From positions 47,244,001 to 47,308,000 of the forward strand of contig CM022665.1 in NCBI GenBank assembly GCA_012295275.1: DNA of 64,000 nucleotides. The letters run 5' to 3'. A program made the translations under genes and the position numbers. Below the pieces are notes generated by a model, which made no database searches, had not been told where the DNA came from, and worked only from the letters and a program-made list of their open reading frames with translations. This document shows, piece by piece, positions 1 through 13,531 of the stretch; within the stretch, counting starts at the first letter, position 1, and each line of letters opens with the position of its first letter. The stretch is from Chrysomallon squamiferum. Taxonomy: Eukaryota; Animalia; Mollusca.

Positions 1-634
1 TCAAAAACTCTACTCCGCTGTCTAGAATTACGTTGCGAGTGATTAAAGACTGTTATTTCTGCTATCTCTATTTAACCGCAAGTCTCAATTTCACGGCGTG
101 GACAAATTAACAATTCTCTTTCGCTGTTTCATTTAGCTATGAAAAAAAATAATAATAAAAACTCACTGACATCTCAGTTTTCTTTCTGTATATTTCAGCA
201 ATAAATTAAAAAAAAAAAAACGTGGCCGAATTGTTCGCGGTGGTGGGTGGGTGGGGCTACCTAACGTCCGGTCGTATTCTTGTTTAGAACACCGACCGTC
301 CGTCCCTCTGAATGTCCGGCGTGCGGATGTTTTCTGTGAACTGATGACAAGTTGGACGAGGCGGTCATCCCTTTGTCCGCGCGCTGGGATGTTTATGCCA
401 CGTTAGCCCCGGTCACTCGGGGGTCATCGGGTGGGGCGATTGACGTGTGGGAAATAAAAATAAAAATAAAAAAAAATCTATGAATGAAAAAAAGCCGTGG
501 AAACTATATCGTAGCGAAATTGTAGTACTCGGGGTTCAGACGAGAAAATAAATAAAATAAATAAATAAAATAAACAGATAAATAAATAAGTAAATAAAAA
601 ATAAATAAATAAAAAAAATAAAGTAAAAAATATA

Positions 635-681
<47 letters not shown>

Positions 682-683
682 AA

Positions 684-718
<35 letters not shown>

Positions 719-750
719 AATAAAAAAATATAAATAAATAAAATAAAAAT

Positions 751-970
751 AATTCATCTCTAGACATTTTCTATTTGATAAATATTTTGCTTCACGTCAA
801 AAAAAAAAAAAAAAGAAATATGTAAATAAATAAAAATAATTCATCTCTAGATATTTTCTATTTGAGTAATAAATATATTGTTTCACTTTAAAAAAATAAA
901 AATAAAAATAAAAAAATAGATTCATCACCATATGTTTCCTATTTGAGTAATGAATATATTGCTTCACGTT
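751..970. repeat. Degenerate tandem repeat, ~85 bp x3
   Basis: ATTCATCTCTAGAYATTTTCTATTTGA...AATATATTGCTTCACGT recurs near 751, 838 and 920. Confidence 0.8.
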
Positions 971-1684
971 AAAAAAATTTATAATAATAATAATTATTAT
1001 TATAGTCAATGTTTCAGGAATGATACAGTCTTTCTTGTTCACTGAACAACATACAGTGTTTCAGGTGAAACAAATGATTCGAAAAAAAAAAAAAAAAAAA
1101 AAAATGACTCAGTCTTTGTAGTTCAGACCTCACAATGTTTCATAACGAGAAACAAAAAGAGTCCATGTTTTGGAACGGCTCAGTCTTTTTAGTTCATTGA
1201 ACACAGCGTAGGCACATGGTAATAATAATAACAATACATCAGTTAATTAGGAAGCACGTGGATGTGACGTCATTAACGGAATGTTTGTCTGTTTTCCCCC
1301 TTCACGTTTGAATGTCCATACCTGAAAAAACGAAGAAAATGTTTTAAATTATAAATATTACTTTGAATTGTAGTTGATATAAAATAAGTACGGAAATGGA
1401 AATTATATCAACAACGACATTAACATAAGAAGAAGATAAATATTTAAAAGGAAACAAACAAAAAAAAAAAGTAAGAAAGAAATATAGAAAGTAGATCGTT
1501 GACGTCAACAATGATTATAAATATAAATGAGAAGAGCAGCCATTGATTCAATGACAGTAACAACAGCTACGACCACGATAACAACATCAACAAGATACGC
1601 GATGCCAACAATAACAAACGTGAAACCGAGAAAGCTAAATATAATATACAGTGAAAACTATTTATTTCAGTATCTGTATTTATC

Positions 1685-1791
<107 letters not shown>

Positions 1792-2083
1792 CGCAAAAGC
1801 CATAAACACATACACTAACAATCTCTCTCATCGTCAATCCTTCTCATCCGAAATACAAACAACGTTACTAAAACTCACCCACACTCTCATCTCTCTTATT
1901 AACACACGCGAAGACTTACACGTATTATATTAAATTTTACACACACACACACAACCGCACATGCACGCACATAAGCGCCAACGCGCGCGCGCGCAACGAC
2001 ACACAGCAACACACATACACACTCTGAACCAGAAAGAAACGAGCGTATAAGATCTGCTACCTACACGCTATAAACACGCGATT

Positions 2084-2100
2084 CAGCGCCACCTCACGGC
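2084..2100 (-). promoter_or_regulatory. CTCF-like motif
   Basis: Minus strand reads GCCGTGAGGTGGCGCTG, matching the CTCF core CCnnnAGRKGGCRSY. Confidence 0.55.
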
Positions 2101-3148
2101 GAACACATACCCCGTGTATTGATCGTCGTTCACTTCAAACACTAACCTATTTAAAAACAGCCCCACAAAAACCCTCCGTATAAACGAATAAAAAAAAAAA
2201 AAAGAAGAAGAAGAAGAAGAAGAAGAAAAAGAAAAACCCGAACTAGACAGGCACGTTTTCAACCGAAGAAAGCCGAACGTCAGGTCTTTTCAAGAAGCGA
2301 GGCAGTCCTTTGTCGCTCACATTTCTATTTATATATTCACGTTGACCCAACTAACTGGCAATACCTTTCAAATCTTTCACACCGATATTTTTTTTTTTTT
2401 TTTTTTTTAACTTAATAAAAAGAAATCGCTATTTTTTTTTTCCGCCAGTATTTATTTCCTTTAATAGCTAAATCATCGGCAAGTACCGCAAAAAGAAGAA
2501 ATCGTGTTATTTGAACTGGTCGCTTGGAAAGAGTTTGTAAAATAAAGAAATAAAGAAAGAAACTAAAATTTTTGAAAAATACCAGTTTTTAAAAAAAGCT
2601 AAGCGAAGAAAAATAAATTAATTTTCTATGCAAATATTTAAAAAAAAAAAAAAAAAGTAATAAATAAATAAAAATGAAAAATGATATTTCCGTCAACGAA
2701 ATGACTAAATAAAGGGGTGTAAAAAGGAAGAAAAAGAAAGAAATACAGTAATTTTTTAAAACGTATAATTCATACATAACTAACGTTCATTTTCCCTTTC
2801 TAAAAAATTACTAAATACTGTTTATAAAAGCCAAAAAAAGCAAAATCATTTAAGATATCACACAATATTATATGTCTACTAATAATATATTATTCGAATA
2901 CAACCCATCAAAATTGTATCTCCATCACCACCATAGTTACTAAGCGACATATAAATAACGATTCACGGTTTGAATATTCTCTTTCTAAAATAACAATAAC
3001 TGTATCTTTTAGTTGTATAATTTCGAATATTTTATATATATATATTTATATATATTAGAATATTAAAATATTTACTTTAAAGAATCGGTGGGTGAGATAC
3101 TTTTGACCGGGTGTACTTAGTGAAGCAGTGTATTTTACAGTTTGTTAT

Positions 3149-3922
3149 TTATTTACCTGAGTTCATGAAGACGTTGTCCACCACGTCGGAGGCGTTGCAC
3201 AGCTGCGTAAGCCAGTGCGAGAAGTCGACGATGTCAGATTCCTCCAGAGAACTCAGCGAATCGTACGACGAGTCCGAGCACACACTCCCGGGGGACGGGG
3301 CGGCGGGGCCCGGCTCGGGCAACATCAACGTGGCCGCCGGTAACGGCGGAGCCATATCCTGACTGTAGCCGACGTCGAGGAGGCTGCAGTTGTCGGAATC
3401 CGACGGCGAACTGGGGTAGCTGTCCGAGTCCATCATGGGACTCTCTTCGGCGCTGCTGTCGCCGTTGTTGCTGCTGCTGCTGCTGCTGCTGCCGTTGTTG
3501 AGGATGTCCTGCAGGTGTTTGATGTAGTCGACGGCTCCTCGGAGGGTGTCCACTTTGCTCATCTTCTTGTTCTTCTTGCCGCTGGGCACGTGCTCTCGGA
3601 GGGTTTCAAATCCCATGTTGACCAGCTTCACCCTGTTCCTCTCCCTCTCGTTTCTCCTGTGCACGGCAGCGGGTTGGGCTTTGGGCAGGGTGTAGCCCAG
3701 CTTGCTGAAGTCGATTCTCCTCTTGCAGCGGAGCGCCTCGGGTTCGGTGCTCGGCCGTATCTTCTTCAGCGGCCTCAGCGCCTGCACTTGCTGTGCGACT
3801 GTCGTCGTCGTGGTCGTCGTTTTGATGAGGAAGCAGGGCCCGGTGAGGATCACCTTGTTCGTGTTGGCGATGGGAACCGCTTGCAGCGGGACGCACGCTG
3901 CTCCGATCGAAGAAGAGTCCAT
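3149..3922 (-). CDS. ascl1: Achaete-scute homolog (ASCL1-like proneural bHLH transcription factor), paralog A, ~257 aa
   Basis: ORF 3149..4210 contains [78 protein letters not shown], which closely parallels vertebrate ASCL1. It also has the family C-terminal acidic/aromatic motif ([19 protein letters not shown]). The first 96 codons of the track ORF cross poly-A/T promoter DNA. The likely start is ATG at 3922 (context GTC ATG G), downstream of a TATA-like/Inr pair. Confidence 0.95.
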   Translation of the reverse strand: MDSSSIGAACVPLQAVPIANTNKVILTGPCFLIKTTTTTTTVAQQVQALRPLKKIRPSTEPEALRCKRRIDFSKLGYTLPKAQPAAVHRRNERERNRVKLVNMGFETLREHVPSGKKNKKMSKVDTLRGAVDYIKHLQDILNNGSSSSSSSNNGDSSAEESPMMDSDSYPSSPSDSDNCSLLDVGYSQDMAPPLPAATLMLPEPGPAAPSPGSVCSDSSYDSLSSLEESDIVDFSHWLTQLCNASDVVDNVFMNSGK

Positions 3923-3984
3923 GACGGTTTGACGTTGACGCTGACGGTGGGTGACTGCATGCAGCCGTGGGAAGCGCGTAGTAC

Positions 3985-4232
3985 ACTGAGCGGCTCGTGG
4001 CAGTCGTGTGGCTTTGTACACCCCGTGTATGTCGTGAATAGCTCGTGCCGCGTCTCGCTTCTCACCCGGTTTTTTTTTTTTTTTGTCTCTCTCAGCCAAT
4101 GGCTGGCCGACGTGACGACGATTAAAAAAGAAAAAAAAAAGAAAAAAAAAAAGGAGGGAATTCGTAACGACCGTTACGCCACGCCCACGACAGGTGTCAA
4201 TCATATTCAAATGCTCGCGACAAGCGCGTGCC
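3985..4232 (-). promoter_or_regulatory. Core/proximal promoter of paralog A
   Basis: On the minus strand: Inr TCAGT (A at 3987) with a TATA-like TACAAAG starting 31 nt upstream (4018), N-box GGCACGAG (4042-4049) and class-C site GGCACGCGCT (4223-4232). On the plus strand: CCAAT (4096-4100), GCCACGCCCAC (4178-4188) and E-box CAGGTG (4191-4196). Confidence 0.65.
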
Positions 4233-4299
4233 CTTGGTCTAAAATAAATATCTGTTTTGCTCGAAGGGGTGTCGGTGACTCATGCTATTTGAAGAAGAA

Positions 4300-4333
<34 letters not shown>

Positions 4334-4733
4334 AGAAGAAAGAAAGAAAGAAATAAACAAGAAAAAGAGAAATTAAAAGAAAGGAGATTTGCTTGTCTCT
4401 AAAAACCCACTTTGATGTTATGTATTAAAATTCAGTGAAATTGTTAGTTAAAAGTTAAACGTAGTGAGAGTGAGTTTAGAACTTAAACGGCCCGCATATC
4501 TGCAAACTCATATCTCTACATGAGCGAGCACAGGTAGGCAAACCTAGCACCTTCGTGTACACACAACCTTTGAAATGTAACTGGCGTGTACGCAGTATTA
4601 AATCAGTTTGCTTCGCTTTATTTTACTCTCAAGTAAAACCTGTATGCATATTAGGATGGTTCTCTGTCCATCTGTCTGTCTGTCTCTCTGTCTGACTATC
4701 TGTCGCTCGATAGATCCATCCATCCATTTATCA

Positions 4734-4736
4734 TGT

Positions 4737-4813
<77 letters not shown>

Positions 4814-4846
4814 CTCTGTCTCTCTCATTCTCTGTCTATCTATCTG

Positions 4847-4886
<40 letters not shown>
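4734..4886. repeat. (TC)n followed by (TATC)n microsatellite
   Basis: Direct observation. Confidence 0.95.
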
Positions 4887-5265
4887 CCTATTTTCCTGTT
4901 TGCTTATCTAATTTTTGTATGGTTGTATATCTATTTATCTTTCACTCTGCCTACCTGTCTGTCTGTCTGTCTGTCTGTCTTTTGTATGTACGTTTCCATA
5001 CTCATACACATCATAACAAGTGTGTTCACATTCCAATACTTAAACATCAAATTTCATTTTTTTTTTTACTAAATATCGAAAATTTTCCTCTTTATTATTT
5101 TCGCTACCTTTTATATAATAAATAAATAAAATTAAAAAAAAAAAAAAAATTAAAATTAATAGCTAGTGTCACCAGTTATATAAATATATATTCAAAAATA
5201 ATAATAATAATAAAACACACAATCAATCCTTTGTTCGAGAAAGCAAAAATCATGTCCTGAATACT

Positions 5266-5332
<67 letters not shown>

Positions 5333-5495
5333 AATAATAATAAAAGAAATAAAATTATGGCTTTTGTTTTAAACCGCCATATTTTATAACACATTAACTT
5401 GTTTAACGCTTCCACCGGGGTTAAATTATTTACTATGTCGTAATTTTTATACGCTCGCAAAATTCCTGTCCGACATATGCGGTTTTTAACGGCCC

Positions 5496-5519
5496 TGCAC
5501 GCGCCAAACGGCACGCGAC
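5496..5519 (+). promoter_or_regulatory. Paired Hairy/E(spl) class-C sites upstream of paralog A
   Basis: TGCACGCGCC (5496-5505) and GGCACGCGAC (5510-5519) lie in a CpG-rich island ~1.6 kb 5' of the ATG. Confidence 0.6.
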
Positions 5520-6954
5520 GCGCCAGTCGGCTGCAGACGTCATTCCCGTTAAACCGCGAACCTCTCTGTAAGAGGGAACGAGCTACAGGTACCCCGGGCA
5601 ATTTCGTCCACAAGACGGCGCGTTGTGTTAAACAGGTGATAAATTATGTGAATACAAAACTGCATTTGTTGTTGTGTCCTGTGTTGCCTGTAGAGAGAGA
5701 GAGATAGATGTTTTATCTCGGTTTGTTTCGCGTGATTAATAATTTCAAACCGAAACAAAGCCTTTCGTGTATTTTCGAAGCCTCGTTTAGTTTCAAACAT
5801 TTGAATATTTCGTAATAATAAAGAAAATAAATAATCTGTTTTCTTTACAGAGAATTAATATATAATAATAAGAACAATGAAACTAAAACAACAACAACAA
5901 CAACAACAATAATAATAATAATAAGTATAAATAAAAGAGGTAAAGAATTGAAAAAAAAGATAAAGTAAATTACTGGGGGGGGCGAGCGGGAGAGGAAAAG
6001 AGAAAGAATTTAATGTCAGAAAAGTAAAGGAAATAGAAAAGAAATCAAAAAAAAAAAAAAAAATAATAATAATAAAAATAGAAATCGGATAAAGGTTGTA
6101 AACGGAAACACAAGAGGTGGTTGACACTGATTAGGTACACGGGGTAATTTCCACTCAACCCTGTCAACCCAGTCAACCCTGGTGGGTGTACGAGGTTGGT
6201 GGGTGGCTAGGGACGGTATTAAAACTTTTATTACCTCTTTGTTTGTCTTCTTTTTGTTTATTTTGTTCGTTTGTTCGTTTGCTTTGTTTGTTTTTTTCTT
6301 AAATGGTACTAAAACTTTTATGATTTCTTTGTTTTAGAATTTTGTTTGTTGTTGTCTCTGTTGTTTTTTTTTTTTTTTTTTTTTTTTGTTGTTTTTTTTT
6401 GTTGTTGTTGATTTCAAATATTAAAACTATTGTTGTTCTTTTGCCATTGTTTTAAATATTATAACTGTTGTTTTGTCTCATTTAATACAGACAAAGGTCT
6501 TTCACTTCTGTAAACAGTATTTTTTTAAAAACTATAAAAAAAAAAAAAAACGAATTATAATAGAAAAATTTTAAAAATTAAATTTCTGAGGTCACGGTGA
6601 ACTCCAGTATTTTGATCTGTAACTGAATAGTCTTGTTTTCCCTCATAAAAGTTTTCCTCCCCACCCACCCCCTCCCTATCCCCCTCACCTCACCCTTCCC
6701 CGCATGCCAACCCACGCATTAAGGAACTGCGTGTACTTCTGCAAGCAACAACAAAACAGAAAAACTATAAAAAGATTTTATTATTATAATTTGTTTTTCT
6801 TTTTAAATTTTTTTAAAAATTTAAAAAAAAAAAATCTTTTATCTTGTTTTTCGTAGTTAAACGTATCAGGACTTGATACACTGTTTGTCATTCGAGCATG
6901 ACTCTGTTTCGTACTACAAATTAAAATGTAAAAAATTAATAATAATAATAATAA

Positions 6955-6955
<1 letters not shown>

Positions 6956-6985
<30 letters not shown>

Positions 6986-7034
6986 AAGAAGAAGAAGAAG
7001 AAGAAGAAGGAGAAGGAGAAGGAGAAGAAGAAGA
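6956..7034. repeat. (GAA)n microsatellite
   Basis: Direct observation. Confidence 0.97.
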
Positions 7035-7907
7035 ACAACAAAAACAACAACAAGAAAAACAACAGAATAGTGGTAACATGAAACAAACAGCAAATAAATT
7101 AAATAAATAAAATTCTGATGATAACTGAGAAGCAACCAGTGGAAAAGTAAAAATAAGTAAAATAAAGAAATGGACGGACAAGAAGAAGAAGAATAAACAC
7201 TACGACAACAACAACAACAACGACGAAGAAAAAGAAATAACGAGAAAAAATAAGAAGAAAATACAATAAAACAACAAATGCAGTAATAAAAAAAATTTAA
7301 CGAATTTTGTATTTAACAAGACGAATTAATAATAATAATAATAACAATAATAACAATAAAAAAAAGACTACTGTATTGTCTAAGCTAAACATTTAATTCA
7401 CAAGATCCAGACACTATATGAAATAATAAACACTTGTTACATATATAAAAATATAAATATATAACACAAGCCCGCATGCCAGGCTGAAAGTAACAAAACT
7501 GTGGACGTTAAACCGCGCTGTAAATCACACACACAAACAAGTGAACTGAATCAGATTCATATCACGAAGCCAGACGGTAACCGGGTGCACTGATTGTGAA
7601 AGGGGCCGACAGTAACGGGTACAAATACGGGTGCGCGAGCTATCGCACAGGTGGCAGTCAGTCGACAGTCGCCGTGTTTCAATAGAGCAGATATTTAAAA
7701 AAAAAAAAGAGAAATGTTTGTCTCGACGTTGTCGACGTCAACTACGTTGTTATCAGATAACGGTAAATTGAGGAGATTTAATTATTGGACTTTTATTGTT
7801 ATTTTTTTTTTTTTAATTTTTATTAATTTGTTTTAATTTTCATTGATTAATTCTGTTTATTTATTTATTGTTGTTGTTGCTGCTGTTATTATTATTATTT
7901 ATTTATT

Positions 7908-7973
<66 letters not shown>

Positions 7974-8684
7974 TATTATTATCATCATTATTATTTTTTT
8001 TTTTTTTTTTATAATAATTTATTCATTTATTATCTTAATAGGATTTAAAAATAAATATTGTATAACATGACATTAAATCTTCTTTACATGACTCTTCTGT
8101 CATTAAATCAAACTTAAACATGGCATTTGATATCAGCCGATACCAAAATGTGAAAAAGAAGATTGTTGAGTAAACATTCTTTCATTCACTCTCAAGATTA
8201 TTTACAGATATAATGCTCACGTACTAAACTCTCTCGCTTCCTGGCTAACATTTTTCTCATATTTAATATAGTGATCTCATTCCACGTCATAATACATGAC
8301 ACTCCTTGTCTGTATTACGTCAGAAACAATCATTTTTGCACTTACGTGTAGTAACATTTAACTAACTGTGAAGTCAAAGTAACAGTTAAGTTACCTGAAT
8401 GAATGTGACGTCACAACAGTGTTTACGTAATATTATGAGATCGCAGTAACATTTAATGTAAAAAAAAAAAAAAAAAAAAAAAAAAGGCTGAATCTTTCGC
8501 TTTTAAAGACATAATGCATTATGAATGTTATAAAAATTAATAGTAAATGATAGATTAAGCCAATAGATTTTCAGTTTTACATTTATATTAAACGAGGTCA
8601 GGTCGAGGTTATTTCCATAAGGTCACGAATGAGACTATGAGGAAGAGATAAACAGCAGACAAGGATTCAGAGACACAGGGATAA

Positions 8685-9322
<638 letters not shown>

Positions 9323-9365
9323 CATCCATCCAACTCGCTTACCACGTAATCTCTCAGTTTAGAAG

Positions 9366-9618
9366 GCGCTGTTTACCTGCGCTGTTTACTGTTTACCTGC
9401 GCTGTTTTACCTGCGCTGTTTTACCTGCGCTGTTTACCTGGCGCTGTTTTACCTGCGCTGTTTTACCTGCGCTGTTTTACCTGCGCTGTTTTACCTGGCG
9501 CTGTTTTACCTGCGCTGTTTTACCTGCGCTGTTTTACCTGTCGCTGTTTTACCTGTCGCTGTTTTACCTGACGCTGTTTACCTGACGCTGTTTTACCTGG
9601 CGCTGTTTTACCTGGCGA
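9366..9618. repeat. Minisatellite, 13-15 bp unit (GCGCTGTTTTACCT), 17 copies
   Basis: 17 TACCTG cores counted in a direct tandem array. Confidence 0.95.
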
Positions 9619-9921
9619 CAAAATCCGCTCCCTTCCTTCCTTCCCGTGATATATTGCATTAATTTGATCGATAACTGTAATTACGTTTTTTTCCTTTATC
9701 TCTCGCGCAAACTGCCTGCCCGAGGAGGTCACCGCGTTCCAGCCATCTCCAGCGCCACGCGCCCCTGCCTCCGGGGAATTTCAGATAGCGGACTTAAAAG
9801 TTTTGTATCAGCCAGTCGTTTCAGATACAAAGAAACCCGCCACCTAATCGCGGAGATGTGTGGTGATAGACAAATAACTCGCTGGATTGAAGATTGGAGC
9901 GCGTACACGCGTTTGTTTGTG

Positions 9922-9979
<58 letters not shown>

Positions 9980-10066
9980 GACAAATTAAAACCCATTTTA
10001 GATGATGATCACGTGTTCGTGGTTGTGATTAGAAAGCGTGAGGTTTTGTGTTAGTTTTATGAGTAT

Positions 10067-10109
<43 letters not shown>

Positions 10110-10461
10110 TTTGTTTGTTTATTTATTTATTTATTTATTTCCTTAGTTACTTACTTACTTATTTATTTATATATTTACTTACTTACCTACTTATTTATTT
10201 GTTTATTTATTTATTTTTACTTACTTATTTGTTTACTTTGTTTATTTTAAAAAGAAGCTTTGAGGTACTGTTTAAAAGTATTCAAAATGAATTATTTGTG
10301 ATATAATTATATATAGGTATATCAAGAAGAATCAGATGCGTGTGTGAATATATAAGTATATATGTGTGTGTAGTTTATTTTATTTATTTGTGTATTCATT
10401 TATATAAATTAATAATAATAGTATTAATAATAATAATAATAATATAATAATAATAATAAAG

Positions 10462-10504
<43 letters not shown>

Positions 10505-12957
10505 AATAAATCTCAGAAAACAAAGATGACGTAACTCATGAATATTAATGACCGTGTATTATCATTGACGTCACAACATCTGCTTTAAGTATTTCTAACA
10601 TTTGTCATAAAATATTTAATTAGCCTAAATGAAATACTGCTGACAGTGATGAATTACGTAGCTTCCATTGTTATTGCTTTAGAAAATGAGTAAGTTAAAA
10701 AGAAGAACGAGAAGAAAAAAAAGAAAAAAAAAAAAAAAAAAATTAAATGAAAAAAGTAGGAACGAGATATGACCTTTGCGGATTTCATCAGAATTACAAA
10801 AATGTAATAATAAAATAGAAAAAAAAATAAATAAATAAATAAATAAATTATAACGAAAAAAATGTGTTAATAACAACTGCAACAACAACAACAGCAGCAA
10901 AAAGAAGAAGAAAAAGAAGACCAAAGTTTGAGCAGTTCAGAAACACGAAATTCAAACTGAGGCACATGTTCGTTTTAAAGTCCTGAAAAGGACGTTGAAC
11001 CCTAGGAGCATCCGAACAACGGGAGCCTTTTTAGATTTTTTTTTTTTTTTTTTTAATAGCCCGTGAAACGGATATATAATCTTAATTAAACTTCTGTCGC
11101 TAGAAACTGACAACATTGTCCTAGCAGTGCCGTCCTTCGCCACTTGTTCCGATTAATCTGGCGAGGCGGATATTTTCTCTTCTGTCAGTGACTTCCACCA
11201 TCTGCCGCGCACTGCTGTCACTGAAATTCCGACGCAGAGCGAAACGGTCTAGGAGCGCTGTGCGGCGTGTTGCACAGTTGTTTTTGTTTTCTTCTTTTCT
11301 ACATTACAGAAACTCAACACTTGATAGAACCAGTTTTATTTTATCTGTGTCAGTGTTTTAATATGCAACCGCTATAACCACACAAAGGACGGGTTTTTTT
11401 TTTTTTTTTTTTTTTTAATGAAATAAAGGAGCGAATGATTCGCGTGCTCGGCTCGCGCTATTAGCATCACGTGATACTGTGCCACCTGTTTTTTTTTTTT
11501 ATTTATTATTTTGTCGATCGATCGTTTTGTGGTTGCCGAGCCTCGGGTGTCGAGGTGTTTTGTTTACCCGAGAGGTATTTTATCAATCTGTCGCGATGAT
11601 CTTTAAAAATCTGCCAGCAAATGGGGGAAATGCGTCTGGCGGCAAGGGAGAGAGGGTTTGAGTAGATCTCGGAGACACAGGATTAGACGAAGTCCTTTTG
11701 AAAAAAAAAAATAAAAAAGTAAATAAACAACATATCTCTGAGTAGCTAATTAACAACAACTTTAACATGTTTCTTTCTTTTTTCTTTTACTTTTTCTTTT
11801 GCTTTAAGTGGAAATCACTTTAAGTGATAAGATCAACATGTTTAAATAGATTTTTTAAAAAATTAAATAAATAAAAAAACATTCAAACAACTGATGAAAA
11901 TATGTTGACCTCGTTTACGTTATTTTTTTTCTCTAATATTTTTTTAAATTTATTTGTTTATTTGGTTTGCTTTTGTTTTGTTTTTATGTTGTTTGTTGTT
12001 CTTTTTAATTATAATTTAGTCATATATATATATACACACACTGCAGTATTCGACGAAAAGCAATAGTATATATATATATATATATATATATGTAAGTATT
12101 ATTATAAGGTATCTGTATTATTTTAGTTGCTTGCACACACAGAGCAAGTTATTTAATAAAACAGAAAATGTGCTAGGACGTCATTGGAATGACATATTAT
12201 ATATTATTTTATTTTATTTTATTTTATTTTTAGAGTGTGTTTTTCGAAATCCGAAACTTGAACCACATAAAACTAGCGACATTAATATTCTGACATAGGA
12301 GGATGCTACCAGGCTAAAATGAATGAGAGAAAGAAAGAAAAAACCGACATACACGCCTTATTAACCTTTATCATCAAATGTTTCACGTGAACACGTGGCC
12401 GTGTCGACATGGTGCGTAGCACGCACGTGTTCATATACATAAGCGGACACAAACGAAAGCATATTTCAGTGTGCATGTTTTTACAGTGTTACGTTTCACT
12501 AATCTCACACCTGGACTTGTCCACCCACTTTTCCAGACTATTGCAAGTTTATATATATAAAAAAAAAAAAAAAAAAAAAAATATTTTTGTATATTTGTTT
12601 TCTTCTTCTGTTTCACTGGAATGCAGTTCGTTACAAAACAATTTAAAATGTCGGCTATCGTTACCTGGTGTGTGTGTTGTTTTTTTTTTTTTTTTTTTTT
12701 TTCTTTCACACATCTCAAGAAATTAAATCTGCGACGGTTTTATTTTGTTTTCACTTAAAAGAATACCCCGTGTGTGCTCAGCGATGTGATGGTGACGACG
12801 TGTGTGGGACGAACGTAAAAAAAAAAAAAAAAAAAGTAGGTGATAAAAAAAACAACAAAAAAAACAAAAAAAACAACAACATTGCTTTTATAAACTGAAA
12901 CTGAGACCTCCATCCAAAGAGAAAGATGATGCACACGTTCACGTAGGCAGAAATTAG

Positions 12958-13317
12958 AACGAGGAAGAGTAGACGAAAAAGGAGAAGGAGGAAGAGTAGA
13001 CGAAAAGGAGAAGGAGGAAGAGTAGACGAAAAGGAGAAGGAGGAAGAGTAGACGAAAAGGAGAAGGGATGGGGAGTAGACGAATAGGAGAAGGAGGTAGA
13101 GTAGACGAAAAGGAGAAGGAGGAAGAGTAGACGAAAAGGAGACGGAGGAAGAGTAGACGAAAAGGAGAAGGAGGAAGTGTAGACGAAAGGGAGAAGGAGG
13201 AAGTGTAGACGAATGGGAGAAGGGGGAAGTGTAGACGAAAAGAAGAAAGGAAGAGTAGACGAAAAGGGGATTGGAAGAGTAGACGAAAATGCGGAGGAGG
13301 AAGAGTAGACGAAAAGC
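12958..13317. repeat. Purine-rich minisatellite, ~24 bp unit (GGAAGAGTAGACGAAAAGGAGAAG), ~15 copies
   Basis: GTAGACGAA core recurs with regular spacing. Confidence 0.95.
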
Positions 13318-13468
13318 AGTAGCAAGATATGACAAGACAAAGAAAGAAGGAAAAGGCGATGAAAGATCAAGGAAAGATGTAAGAGTAGAACTTTGATGAG
13401 TGGAAAAATAAAAGATGAAAAGAAGACGAAAAAGAGGGTTTAGAAAATCTAGAATTATCGGAGAGATA

Positions 13469-13531
<63 letters not shown>

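Noticed and set aside
2853-2864. 12-mer AGATATCACACA (K-box TGTGATA on minus) downstream of both paralogs (also 59786-59797)
   Set aside because: A 12-mer match between kb-scale AT-rich regions is plausible by chance, and the second copy is probably beyond the 3' UTR. The K-box in A is worth rechecking only if UTR data exist.
3923-4210. 96-codon N-terminal extension of the 353 aa ORF
   Set aside because: It has no ATG start, crosses poly-T/A runs and promoter motifs, and mostly lies upstream of the predicted TSS (~3987).
3515-4303. 262 aa plus-strand ORF and other ORFs overlapping paralog A
   Set aside because: Antisense or alternate-frame shadows of a GC-rich CDS with no recognisable domain.
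11191-11210. Possible fourth CTCF motif (GCGGCAGATGGTGGAAG on minus)
   Set aside because: It lacks the GGC(A/G)C/G end and the 5' CC, so the match is too weak.
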